Assembly: GCA_963676395.1 (NCBI GenBank)
Contig: OY781066.1
Location: 2,112,001-2,176,000, forward strand
Length of the DNA stretch: 64,000 nt
From: a bacterium
GTDB lineage: Bacteria > Fidelibacterota > Fidelibacteria > Fidelibacterales > Fidelibacteraceae
Reading direction: 5' to 3'
In this document: positions 29,256-38,782 of the stretch, piece after piece
Layout: each line of letters opens with the position of its first letter
Position numbering within the stretch: position 1 is the stretch's first letter
Position numbers and translations under genes: made by a program
The notes under the pieces: model-generated
The model's input: the letters and a program-made list of their open reading frames with translations, nothing else
The model's database searches: none
What the model was told of the DNA's origin: nothing

Positions 29256-29702
29256 ATGAAATATCTAATTATATCCTCCTGCCTTCTTGGTGCCAACTGT
29301 CGTTACGATGGGGGGACGAATGCGCTCGCAGAGGACATTCTGGCGCAATTGAACAAAGCATTTGTTTTAATCCCCGTTTGTCCCGAGCAAATGGGTGGTT
29401 TATCTACACCCAGACTTCCGGCGGAGATCAGAGGCAAAAAGGTCATCCGCAAGGATGAAGTGGATGTTACAAAAGAATTTCAGCTCGGTTCTCGTGAAGC
29501 TTTAGCATTCGCGAAGCGCTATAAAGCAAGGTATGCCTTATTGAAGGCATATTCACCTTCGTGTGGAAATGAAACTGTGTATGATGGCAGTTTCTCAGGA
29601 ACTTTAATTGAGGGAAAGGGAACTACGGCAAAAGAATTTGATAAATTTGGAATAAAAGTGTATAATGAAACGCAAATAAATGATTTATTAGGAGAAGTAT
29701 AA
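29256..29702 (+). CDS. DUF523 family protein (2-thiouracil desulfurase-like)
   Basis: SSCLLGANCRYDG, CPEQMGGLSTPR, SPSCG. Confidence 0.9.
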   Translation: MKYLIISSCLLGANCRYDGGTNALAEDILAQLNKAFVLIPVCPEQMGGLSTPRLPAEIRGKKVIRKDEVDVTKEFQLGSREALAFAKRYKARYALLKAYSPSCGNETVYDGSFSGTLIEGKGTTAKEFDKFGIKVYNETQINDLLGEV

Positions 29703-30821
29703 ATGTTTGATCCAAGAGAAAAAAAACTGGCTGAATTATTGGTGAATTATTCATGTAATGTACAAAAAGGCGAAAATGTATTGATCGAAGCCTTTGATAT
29801 TCCCGAAAGCTTTGTGAAATTATTAGTGAAAGCAGTTCGGGGACGCGAAGGAAATCCTTTTGTTACCATCAAATCTAATACGATTCAACGAGAATTATTT
29901 TTAAACGGTACGGATGAACAGATCAAGTTTGCAGGTGAATATGAAGCGATGCGGATGAAGAATATGCAGGCTTATATCGGTGTGCGCGGTTCACAAAATA
30001 TTACGGAATTATCCGATGTGCCGGCCGATGATATGAAACGTTATCAAACACTTTGGAGTCAACCGGTACATTCAAAAATCCGTGTTCCCGAAACCAAATG
30101 GGTCGTACTGCGCTGGCCAACACCTTCGATGGCTCAGCAGGCAGGTTTAAGTACCGAAGAATTTGAAAACTTTTATTTTGATGTATGCACTTTGGATTAT
30201 CCTAAAATGGCCGAAGCGCAGAAAGTACTGATGGCTTTGGAAGAAAAAACCGATAAAGTCCATATTAAAGGTCCGGGTAAAACCGACCTGAAATTTTCTG
30301 TGAAAGATATCCCCGTGATCCAATCCTGCGGTTTGCGTAACATTCCGGATGGTGAAGTTTTTACTGCGCCTGTTCGTGATTCTGTGAACGGTGTGATCGA
30401 ATATAATACACCCACTCTTTATCAGGGAACGGTTTTTAATGACATTACATTGACATTCAAAGATGGCAAGATCGTCAAAGTTGAAGGCGACAATGTAGAA
30501 CGCCTGGAAGAGATTTTTAACACCGATGAAGGTGCCCGCTATGTGGGTGAATTTGCTATTGGTATGAATCCTTATATCAATCGTCCTATGAAAGATATTC
30601 TTTTTGATGAAAAGATCGCCGGATCTATTCATTTTACTCCCGGAAATTCTTATGATGATGCTTTTAATGGTAATCAATCTGCCATTCACTGGGATCTTGT
30701 TTTACGTCAAACACCCGAGTGTGGGGGTGGTGAGATCTGGTTTGATGATGTATTGATCCGAAAAGATGGAATTTTTGTGCTGGAAGAATTGAAAGCGCTG
30801 AATCCGGAGAATCTAAAATAG
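29703..30821 (+). CDS. Aminopeptidase, peptidase M29 (thermophilic metalloprotease) family
   Basis: NIPDGEVFTAP, GEFAIG, DILFDEKI, SAIHWD. Confidence 0.92.
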   Translation: MFDPREKKLAELLVNYSCNVQKGENVLIEAFDIPESFVKLLVKAVRGREGNPFVTIKSNTIQRELFLNGTDEQIKFAGEYEAMRMKNMQAYIGVRGSQNITELSDVPADDMKRYQTLWSQPVHSKIRVPETKWVVLRWPTPSMAQQAGLSTEEFENFYFDVCTLDYPKMAEAQKVLMALEEKTDKVHIKGPGKTDLKFSVKDIPVIQSCGLRNIPDGEVFTAPVRDSVNGVIEYNTPTLYQGTVFNDITLTFKDGKIVKVEGDNVERLEEIFNTDEGARYVGEFAIGMNPYINRPMKDILFDEKIAGSIHFTPGNSYDDAFNGNQSAIHWDLVLRQTPECGGGEIWFDDVLIRKDGIFVLEELKALNPENLK

Positions 30822-30878
30822 AACAATCGATTGAGGAATGAGTGAATAATTGATAGACTATGGTCAAAGTTAAGTTCG

Positions 30879-31068
30879 CTGTTATCTCGAGTAAAGCACT
30901 TCGTATCTAGTGCGTAGCCGAGAGATCTCAAATGATAGCTTAATTATGCATGTGCTTCAAGCTTAATGTTGAACATAATGTTGATTTTGTGATATTATTA
31001 GGGCTTAACGAAAGGAATTTATACACGTTTAAGATCTCTCTACTCGTTTCACTCGGTCGAAATGATAG
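30879..31068. mobile_element. REPIN/MITE-like element with imperfect long inverted arms
   Basis: Left arm ctgttatctcga...gagagatct (30879-30929), right arm agatctctc...tcgaaatgatag (31032-31068). Confidence 0.6.
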
Positions 31069-31108
31069 AAACCCTCAGGGCAATTGAAAAGAACAAGAAA
31101 TTGAACTT

Positions 31109-32200
31109 ATGAATCAAACTTCTAACATCGTCTCAGTCCGTAAAGTAGAACGCTACGATCAGGAAAAGATCTACACGGCTGTTGAAGAGATCTACAAAGC
31201 TGCGGATGGTCCCGATCCCAAAGGCAAGAAAGTATTGCTGAAGCCCAATGTATTGACCGATGTAAGACCGGAGCAAGCCGTCACCACGCATCCGGAAGTA
31301 TTTCGTGCTTGTGCCAGATATTTCCGGGATAGGGGAGCTACGGTTGTAGCGGGAGATTCACCGGCTTTGCACAAAAGTGGTTTTAAACCTCAAAAGTGTG
31401 GTCTTTGGGCGGTTTGTGAAGAATTGAAGATCGAATGGATAGATTTTACCATAGATCCTATTCATAAAGGTGGATTTAAGTTTGCGCGCATACTGGAAGA
31501 CGTCGATATGGTGGTTTCTTTGCCAAAACTCAAGACGCATGAATTCGCTTATTACACCGGAGCCGTAAAAAATCTATTTGGTATGATGCCCGGACTTTCT
31601 AAAGCCATGATGCATGCAAAATATCCGAATAGAAACTCATTTTCGGCTATGATCGTGGATGTGATGAATGTGATCAAGCCATCTTTTGCTATTATGGATG
31701 GCATTATCGGGATGGAAGGTGCGGGTCCGCAAAATGGTAAACCTAAACATATAGGTCTTATGTTGGGTTCCTCCAATTTGATCGCATTAGATATTATTGC
31801 TTCAAGTATTATCGGTTATAATCCCATGGACATTCCACAATTAGGATATGCGGTGGGGAAAAATATTCAGGTATCTGATGTAAAAGATGTGCAGATCGAA
31901 GGTGGTAGCTTAAAAGATTTTAAAGTCAAGAATTTCAAGCGTATCCCTATTCAACATCATTATAATTTTGCCATTATGGGCGTACGATACGAGCGACTTC
32001 GCAGACGATTTGATCGTCGACCTGTCTTTGACCACGATCAATGTATTCTTTGCAAACGCTGTGTAGAAATATGTAAGTCTGGAGCACTTGAAGTGAAGGA
32101 CGGTAAAATCCAAATCACTGATGCGCAATGTATCCGTTGCTACTGTTGTCATGAGATTTGTCCCGTGAACGCCATTACCATTAAACGAAAGGTATTTTAA
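31109..32200 (+). CDS. DUF362 domain protein with C-terminal 2x[4Fe-4S] ferredoxin
   Basis: LLKPN, TTHP, LPKLKTH, GAVKN, GMEGAGP; CILCKRCVEIC and CIRCYCCHEICP. Confidence 0.92.
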   Translation: MNQTSNIVSVRKVERYDQEKIYTAVEEIYKAADGPDPKGKKVLLKPNVLTDVRPEQAVTTHPEVFRACARYFRDRGATVVAGDSPALHKSGFKPQKCGLWAVCEELKIEWIDFTIDPIHKGGFKFARILEDVDMVVSLPKLKTHEFAYYTGAVKNLFGMMPGLSKAMMHAKYPNRNSFSAMIVDVMNVIKPSFAIMDGIIGMEGAGPQNGKPKHIGLMLGSSNLIALDIIASSIIGYNPMDIPQLGYAVGKNIQVSDVKDVQIEGGSLKDFKVKNFKRIPIQHHYNFAIMGVRYERLRRRFDRRPVFDHDQCILCKRCVEICKSGALEVKDGKIQITDAQCIRCYCCHEICPVNAITIKRKVF

Positions 32201-33423
32201 TGAAGAAGATTTTAGCTATAGTATTAATTATATCAAGTGTTGCGTTTGCCTGTACCTCCGCCGTGATAAGTGGGAAAGCTACACCCGATGGTCGCCCATT
32301 GCTTTGGAAACATCGAGATACCGGTTCTTTAGAAAATAAACTGGTGAAGATTACTGATAGCGGTTATGATTTTATGGGTGTTGCAAATGTAAATGATCCG
32401 AATTCGGAAAATATATGGATGGGAATGAACGAAAAAGGCTTTGCTATTATGAATACGGCTTCATATAACATCAACGAAGGTGTCGTTTGCATGATAGAAC
32501 CCGATCAGGAAGGTATATTTATGCGTCAAGCATTGGAATCTTGTGCAAATTTGCATGATTTTGAGCTAATGCTGGAAAGAACGTCCGGTCAGCGTGGTGT
32601 CGCGGCCAATTTTGGTGCCATTGATGCCGAGGGAAATGCAGCTTATTACGAAACAGGTTTTTATGACTACACGAAATTTGATGTTAACGACCCCCAAACT
32701 GCGCCTGAAGGCTACATAGTCCGCACCAATTACTCGTTCACGGGTAAAGGCGACAATGGGGTGGGCTATATACGATACGACGCTACAAGCGAGCTCTTTG
32801 CGAATCAGAGAGAATTTACTCCCGAGTTTATCTTTAAAGAAGCAACGCGTAATATGAATCATGGTTTGCTTAAAAAAGATATCGGCAATGTAAAATTGCC
32901 GAAAGACTTTAGCGATGTGACTATGATGGATTTTCAAGACTATGTTATTCGTTATTCTTCTGCTTCTGTGATGGTGGTTCAGGGAGTAAAAGAAGATGAA
33001 GATCCTAAACACGGTGTTCTTTGGACTCTCTTGGGCTTCCCTATGACAACGATGCTGACTCCCGTCTTTTTTACGGATGATGTTGAGCTTCCTCAGGTAT
33101 TGAGTACCTCAAATGAACATGCGCCATTTATATCCGCAGCTTCACTGGCTTTAAAAAAAGAATTATTCCCGGTTAAATATGATGATCATAAAAATTACAT
33201 TGATGTTTCTAAAATGAAAAATCGTAAGAAAACCGGATATATGCAGCGAGTCATGAAAGCTGAAAACGATATCGTTGCAAAAGCTAAAGCTGTTCAAGAG
33301 AACCGTTCCAATGAAGCGATTACCGAATATTATAAATGGTTAGATAGCTATGTCTACGAATTCTATTCACCTCTTTTACCCAAAGAAGCCATAAAGTATA
33401 ATTTACCAAGATGTAAAAAGTAA
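32200..33423 (+). CDS. Secreted Ntn-hydrolase (peptidase C45/acyltransferase-like)
   Basis: Signal peptide AFA followed directly by the Cys nucleophile in CTSAVISGKATPDGRPLLWKHRD; GMNEKG, RTN. Confidence 0.78.
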   Translation: MKKILAIVLIISSVAFACTSAVISGKATPDGRPLLWKHRDTGSLENKLVKITDSGYDFMGVANVNDPNSENIWMGMNEKGFAIMNTASYNINEGVVCMIEPDQEGIFMRQALESCANLHDFELMLERTSGQRGVAANFGAIDAEGNAAYYETGFYDYTKFDVNDPQTAPEGYIVRTNYSFTGKGDNGVGYIRYDATSELFANQREFTPEFIFKEATRNMNHGLLKKDIGNVKLPKDFSDVTMMDFQDYVIRYSSASVMVVQGVKEDEDPKHGVLWTLLGFPMTTMLTPVFFTDDVELPQVLSTSNEHAPFISAASLALKKELFPVKYDDHKNYIDVSKMKNRKKTGYMQRVMKAENDIVAKAKAVQENRSNEAITEYYKWLDSYVYEFYSPLLPKEAIKYNLPRCKK

Positions 33424-33529
33424 AAAATTTGGATCAAACCTAAGTGTTCGCCCACTTATTTATTTTTATTGATTTTAAGTTGAATCGTAGGTTTTTCAGT
33501 TCTATAAATTCATTCTCAAGCTTCAATGA

Positions 33530-34378
33530 TTAAGCTTCTTTTTTATATAAATAAACAAAAGCAGCTACAATGATCACAGAGCCTAAAATACTCCAAACAT
33601 CGGGAAATTCTTGTAAAAAGATCATGCCAACAACAGCTGTAAATAATACATGCATGTATTTGTAAGGAGCAATAGAACTGGCTGCAGTGTAACGATATGA
33701 TTCAGTCATAAAGATCTGGCCAATTCCCGCACAAATTCCAATCCCCAATAGATAGAGCCATTCCAGTGGAGTCGGCATAACAAATTGCATGATAACAATA
33801 GGAAGGGTGACGATGAATGAAATCCACGAAAAATAAAAAACGATAGTGGCAGGTTTTTCACCACGAACATTTAATAAGCGGATCATTGCATATGCAAAAC
33901 CGGCAAATATTGCCGAAGCAAAACCTGTTGCTGCCGGAATAATTTCCATGTTAAAGTGGGGCTTTATAATTAGCAATGATGCAAAAAAAGCAACTGTAAT
34001 TGCAATAATCTGATGACGTCCCAGCTTTTCTTTTAAAAATATTGCTGCAAAAAGAATAACAAAAAAAGGCGAGAGCTTATTTAGCATTGTTCCATCACTA
34101 AGTCCCATATGATTAATGCTGTAAAAATAAAATATTACTCCAAAAAGACCACCAAGTCCTCTTAAAACGAGGAAAATACGGTTTTTTTTCTGCCCCCAAA
34201 CCGAGTCGCCATTTCGGATAATCAGAGCCAAAGCTATAATGAGTGCAACAAAATTTCTAAAAAATACTTTTTCAAATAAGGGTAAATCTCCCGCAAGCCG
34301 AACCAATAGCGACATAATCGCAAAAGCGAGAGAAGAAATAATCATAAAAATGACGGATTTTTTGTAGTTATTTTTCAT
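33530..34378 (-). CDS. DMT/EamA family transporter
   Basis: About 10 TM helices; FFR, LRG, SPFF, LKEK motifs. Confidence 0.9.
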   Translation of the reverse strand: MKNNYKKSVIFMIISSLAFAIMSLLVRLAGDLPLFEKVFFRNFVALIIALALIIRNGDSVWGQKKNRIFLVLRGLGGLFGVIFYFYSINHMGLSDGTMLNKLSPFFVILFAAIFLKEKLGRHQIIAITVAFFASLLIIKPHFNMEIIPAATGFASAIFAGFAYAMIRLLNVRGEKPATIVFYFSWISFIVTLPIVIMQFVMPTPLEWLYLLGIGICAGIGQIFMTESYRYTAASSIAPYKYMHVLFTAVVGMIFLQEFPDVWSILGSVIIVAAFVYLYKKEA

Positions 34379-34421
34379 TATAAAAAAATAAAATAAAAAC
34401 AAGAACTTTCATATCAAAATC

Positions 34422-34450
34422 TTGACTACGGTTTAGATTCTAGTTAGATT
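34422..34450 (+). promoter_or_regulatory. Putative promoter TTGACT-N17-TAGATT
   Basis: Near-consensus -35 with 17-bp spacer upstream of the AMP-binding/EF-G operon. Confidence 0.55.
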
Positions 34451-34471
34451 ATCCGGCTATTGTAAATTTAT

Positions 34472-35965
34472 TTGGGAGTTGGTCGTATCATATCGAACTA
34501 TTCGACATTTTTTAAGCAAGTTCAACGTACTCCGGATGAGGTATTTATTTACAGTGACAATATGTCATTGACTTATAAAGAGGTATTCGAATCCTCGTTG
34601 AAACTTGCTAACCATTTGCATGAACAAGGTATTGGTAAAGATACCCGTGTTGTTGTTATGTTGCCCAATATTCCTGAATTGGTTTATACTTGGTTGGCAC
34701 TATCCAGGTTAGAAGCTATGATGATCCCGGTAAATGTTAATTACAAATCATTGGCTTTAAGATATATTATTGATGATAGCTCTGCCACTGCCGTTATTTA
34801 TCATCATGATTCAGAAGAAGATGTTTTGAATGCGACAAATATTTTAACCGGGCTAGAAAGTATGATAGTCATCGGTGAAAGTGACAATGTCGATGCGGTA
34901 GATTTCTTGCAGTATAAAGAAAAACCATTGTTTGGTGGACCTTACAATCCAAATGCCGATGATACGAATGCTATGTTCTATAGTGGGGCGTCAACGGGAC
35001 CTGCAAAATATGCCAAATACTCCAATTATATGTTATATCGCAATGCGAATGACTATATATCTGCTATCATGCTTAAACCTCGTGATATAGTTTTTTCAGA
35101 GTTTCCTCTAACACATTGCTTCGGCTATGTAGGTGTTTTGAATGCCGTGGTTAACGCCGGAGCTTCTTTAGCTATAAGCACGATCATGGAAGAAGATCAT
35201 CTTAAGGCTATGATGGAAAGGATCAAACCGAACTGTTTGGTATTAGAACCATCATTTATATCCACATTGATCGAACAAAATGTAGAATTGGATTTTCCGG
35301 AAAGTGTAAACTACATTATTACGGGTGGCGGGCGTCTTAAAAAAGAAATTCATAAGAAGTTTATGGATATTTATAAACGACCCATTTTTAAAGTCTATGG
35401 TATGATTGAAGCCGGACCAATTCTTACGGTTAATACCAATACAGAAAAATTTACATCGATTGGCACAAGCCTTTCGAATGTTTCTATTACACTTCGTAAG
35501 AATGGAAAAATGCTTACTGAAGAACAGACCGGTGAGATTTGTGTTGTTTCAAGTATTCTTACCGAAGACCTACATAAGTTACTTGCCGATCAATTCGAAG
35601 ATGGTTGGTACCATACCGGTGATTTGGGACGACTAGATCCCGATGGCTATTTATATTTTGTTGATCGTAAGGCTTATGTGATCAATGTATGTGGTTTTGA
35701 AGTATATCCTGAGCAAATCGAAATGGAATTGCTTAAGCATCCTATGATCCGGGAGGTTGTCGTTGCGGGTGCCCCGAAAGATGAATTCTCGGAGAGTATT
35801 CAGGCTTACATCATACAAAAAGAAGGTAAGCGGCCATCAGACAGTGAGCTCATTGAATTTCTTGAAAAGGTATTACCAAAGTATCAAATACCCGAAAAAT
35901 TTATATATGTCAATCACTTCCCAAAATCTCCTACGGGAAAAGTGGTTAGACAAGCTTTGAAATAA
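34472..35965 (+). CDS. AMP-binding (acyl-CoA synthetase-like) enzyme, divergent; start uncertain
   Basis: YSGASTGPAK, YGMIE, GWYHTGDLG, DRK and PKSPTGK motifs. Confidence 0.85.
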   Translation: MGVGRIISNYSTFFKQVQRTPDEVFIYSDNMSLTYKEVFESSLKLANHLHEQGIGKDTRVVVMLPNIPELVYTWLALSRLEAMMIPVNVNYKSLALRYIIDDSSATAVIYHHDSEEDVLNATNILTGLESMIVIGESDNVDAVDFLQYKEKPLFGGPYNPNADDTNAMFYSGASTGPAKYAKYSNYMLYRNANDYISAIMLKPRDIVFSEFPLTHCFGYVGVLNAVVNAGASLAISTIMEEDHLKAMMERIKPNCLVLEPSFISTLIEQNVELDFPESVNYIITGGGRLKKEIHKKFMDIYKRPIFKVYGMIEAGPILTVNTNTEKFTSIGTSLSNVSITLRKNGKMLTEEQTGEICVVSSILTEDLHKLLADQFEDGWYHTGDLGRLDPDGYLYFVDRKAYVINVCGFEVYPEQIEMELLKHPMIREVVVAGAPKDEFSESIQAYIIQKEGKRPSDSELIEFLEKVLPKYQIPEKFIYVNHFPKSPTGKVVRQALK

Positions 35966-35994
35966 GATAATAAACCCATTATGGAGGAAATATA

Positions 35995-38064
35995 ATGGCA
36001 ACTTTAACCAAAGATATTCGCAATATCGCATTGGTTGGACATTCAGCGACAGGTAAGACTCTCCTGGCAGATGCTTTCTTGCTGAATGCCGGGACGATCA
36101 ATCGTCTTGGATCTATTCAGGAAGGAACAACCACTTCCGATTATACACAAGAAGAAATAGATCGACAGATCTCTTTGCGTGCATCAATGATACATGTCAA
36201 TCAAAATGGTGTTAAGTTAAACGTACTTGACACTCCGGGTTATATGGATTTTTCCGGTGAATTGGCTGCAGTTTCTCATGTTGTTGATTCAGCGCTTTTA
36301 ACTGTTGATGCTTGTGCAAATACCATCGAAGTCGGTACCGAATTGGCTTGGGAATCGATGGAAAATAACGATGTTGCAACATTTTTTGCAATATCTATGC
36401 TTGATAAAGAGCACACACATTTTGATAAAATTGTTACAGATCTTCAGGCACGTTACGGTGATCGCGTATTTACTATGCAGTTCCCTGTGAATGAAGGTCC
36501 GGCATTGAATGCGATTGTTGATGTTCTAAAGAAAAAAGTTCTTGTCTATGATGACAAAGGCAAATATACAGAAGAAGATCTAAATGATGATCAACAAGCA
36601 CAAGTGGATGAACTCTATGAAAAACTTGTTGAACTTGTTGCAGAGTCTGATGACGCTTTGCTTGAAAAATACTTCGAAGAAGGTGAATTGAGCGAAGAAG
36701 AGATCAATGCAGGTCTTGTAGCTGCAGTTAAAGGAAGAAGTTTATTTCCTGTATTGGCTGTTTCTTCAATGAAAAATGTTGGTGTGACTCGCTTGGCAGA
36801 GATCTTGGCAGAAGTTGCTCCGTCTCCAGCTAGCGAAGTTAAAGCTATAAAAAATGGTGTGGACGTTGTACGTAAAGTTGATGCCAATGAACCTACCAGT
36901 ATTTTTATTTTCAAGAATGTTTATGAACAGCATGTTGGTGAAATGTCATACTTTAAAGTGATGACAGGGACATTGAAAACCGGTATGGATTTGAAAAATG
37001 TTCAAACAAATTCATCAGAACGTTTTGGTTCTATTTTTATGGTAAATGGGCACGATCGAACGGATGCTGTTGAATTGCAAGCCGGTGATATCGGTACCGC
37101 CGTAAAGTTAAAAGATACACATACTTGTAACTCACTATGTGATTCAAAAGAAATGGTTGAATATCCTGCCATTGCTTACCCCGAACCCATTATTCGTGTT
37201 GCCGTTGAAGCTACAGCAAAAGGTGATGATGAAAAGATCGGTATGGGCTTGACTCAGGTACGTGCTGAAGATCCTTCATTTTACTATGAAGTAGATCCGG
37301 AATTAAAACAAACAATCGTTTCAGGTCAAGGCGAAACTCACTTGGAAGTATGCTTGAAGAAGATAGAAGATAGATATAATATTTCTATCAATCAGGTAGA
37401 ACCTAAGATCCCTTATCGTGAAACTATTCGTAAGACCGCTGAAGGTCATTACAGACATAAAAAACAGTCCGGTGGTGCCGGTCAGTTTGGTGAAGTTTAT
37501 CTTCGCTTGGAACCTCAGCAACGCGGTGAAGGCATTGAATTTGTATCTGAATTGGTTGGTATGAATGTTGATCGCTCTTTTGTCCCTTCAGTTGAAAAAG
37601 GTGTAAAACAAGCAACAGTTGAAGGTCCTTTGACAGGTTCAACTGTTATTGATGTAAAAGTTGCCTTCTACGATGGTAAACAACATCCTGTTGATTCAAA
37701 AGATATCGCATTCCAGATCGCCGGTCGCGGTGCTTTTCGTGAAGCTTTTGAAAAAGCTGATCCTATCTTACTTGAACCTGTATACGAAATGGAAGTAAAG
37801 ATCCCTGAAGAATACATGGGTGATGTAATGGGTGATGTTTCCTCTCGTCGCGGTAAGGTTTTGGGTATGGATTCTGATGGCCATAACCAGATTATCAAAG
37901 CCGCTGTTCCTCTTTCAAACTTGTATAAATATGCCAACACCCTGCGTTCAATTTCACAGGGTCGTGGTCAGTACAAACGCAAGTTCTCTCACTACGAATA
38001 CGTTCCTAAAGATATTCAAGATAAGGTAGTGGCAGAGCATAAGAAAGCTCAGGAAGAAGCTTAA
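35995..38064 (+). CDS. fusA: Elongation factor G paralog (EF-G2/FusA2 type)
   Basis: Five-domain EF-G layout, KKQSGGAGQFG, HPVDS, LLEP, GDVSSRRG; non-canonical G motifs (GHSATGKT, DTPGY, SMLD); outside a str operon. Confidence 0.88.
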   Translation: MATLTKDIRNIALVGHSATGKTLLADAFLLNAGTINRLGSIQEGTTTSDYTQEEIDRQISLRASMIHVNQNGVKLNVLDTPGYMDFSGELAAVSHVVDSALLTVDACANTIEVGTELAWESMENNDVATFFAISMLDKEHTHFDKIVTDLQARYGDRVFTMQFPVNEGPALNAIVDVLKKKVLVYDDKGKYTEEDLNDDQQAQVDELYEKLVELVAESDDALLEKYFEEGELSEEEINAGLVAAVKGRSLFPVLAVSSMKNVGVTRLAEILAEVAPSPASEVKAIKNGVDVVRKVDANEPTSIFIFKNVYEQHVGEMSYFKVMTGTLKTGMDLKNVQTNSSERFGSIFMVNGHDRTDAVELQAGDIGTAVKLKDTHTCNSLCDSKEMVEYPAIAYPEPIIRVAVEATAKGDDEKIGMGLTQVRAEDPSFYYEVDPELKQTIVSGQGETHLEVCLKKIEDRYNISINQVEPKIPYRETIRKTAEGHYRHKKQSGGAGQFGEVYLRLEPQQRGEGIEFVSELVGMNVDRSFVPSVEKGVKQATVEGPLTGSTVIDVKVAFYDGKQHPVDSKDIAFQIAGRGAFREAFEKADPILLEPVYEMEVKIPEEYMGDVMGDVSSRRGKVLGMDSDGHNQIIKAAVPLSNLYKYANTLRSISQGRGQYKRKFSHYEYVPKDIQDKVVAEHKKAQEEA

Positions 38065-38091
38065 TCTTATAAAATCAAATGGTTTATATAG

Positions 38092-38121
38092 ACACGGACA
38101 CCATTTGGTGTCCGTGTTTTT
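38092..38121 (+). terminator. Intrinsic terminator after the EF-G paralog
   Basis: acacggacacca-tt-tggtgtccgtgt followed by tttt. Confidence 0.75.
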
Positions 38122-38147
38122 AATATCATAAAAAAAAGGAGAAAAAA

Positions 38148-38474
38148 ATGACTTATTTGCAGATCGATAGGTTTACCGGCTTACTCAAGGTATTGATCGA
38201 TCTAGCCAGAACAGGCAATAGAGAAGATATTGATATGATCTTTAATGAACTGAATAAAGACTCAACAATTGAAGAAACACGTTATGTTGATTTTGCCTTA
38301 AGTTTAGTTGAGAACGAAAAAGGTATTCAACGAATAGAATATTATCTATTTAACGGAAGCCAGATGCAAAGAAACTATGCATCGCTTTTTTTCAATCGAC
38401 GAGGAGATTATGATCTGATCGAGAAAGCAAATAAAGAAGGTCTGATAGATGATCTGCAGGCGTTTATAAGATGA
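38148..38474 (+). CDS. Hypothetical protein (108 aa)
   Basis: AAGGAG SD and clean ORF; no recognised motif. Confidence 0.7.
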   Translation: MTYLQIDRFTGLLKVLIDLARTGNREDIDMIFNELNKDSTIEETRYVDFALSLVENEKGIQRIEYYLFNGSQMQRNYASLFFNRRGDYDLIEKANKEGLIDDLQAFIR

Positions 38475-38544
38475 AAATGTGATATGGGTCACAGTTTTGA
38501 ATTTGGGGGTAAAAAATAAGAATTAATTTATTAAAATATCCTGC

Positions 38545-38570
38545 ATAGAGACGCAAGCATTGCGTCTCCA
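38545..38570. repeat. Degenerate GTAG-family REP
   Basis: atagagacgcaa-gca-ttgcgtctcca, adjoining the RAYT remnant. Confidence 0.7.
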
Positions 38571-38776
38571 AAAAGAATAAATTTGGACCCCAGCGTAAAA
38601 ATCTATCTTCGATTATAAGAGGATACAAGGCATCAATTACTTCATATGCATGCAAAAAAGATATTATATTTGCGTGGCAAGCAAGATTTCATGATAGAAT
38701 CATTGATGATATGCTTGATTTAGTGAAATGCGAAAAATACATACATAGTAATTCAGTTAATTGGAAATATGAGGAA
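38549..38776 (+). pseudogene. C-terminal remnant of a REP-associated tyrosine transposase (RAYT, Y1/HUH family)
   Basis: Translates ...NKFGPQRKNLSSIIRGYKASITSYACKKDIIFAWQARFHDRIIDDMLDLVKCEKYIHSNSVNW; in-frame TAG at 38546; no N-terminal HUH half. Confidence 0.8.
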
Positions 38777-38782
38777 TCTACC

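Noticed and set aside
30147..30689. 180-aa antisense ORF (and the many other 60-155 aa ORFs overlapping real genes)
   Set aside because: Shadow frames of well-supported genes, with no motifs or ribosome-binding sites
38711..38782. N-terminal extension of the CYTH protein given in the ORF track
   Set aside because: It is the tail of the RAYT remnant; the SD-led ATG is at 38783
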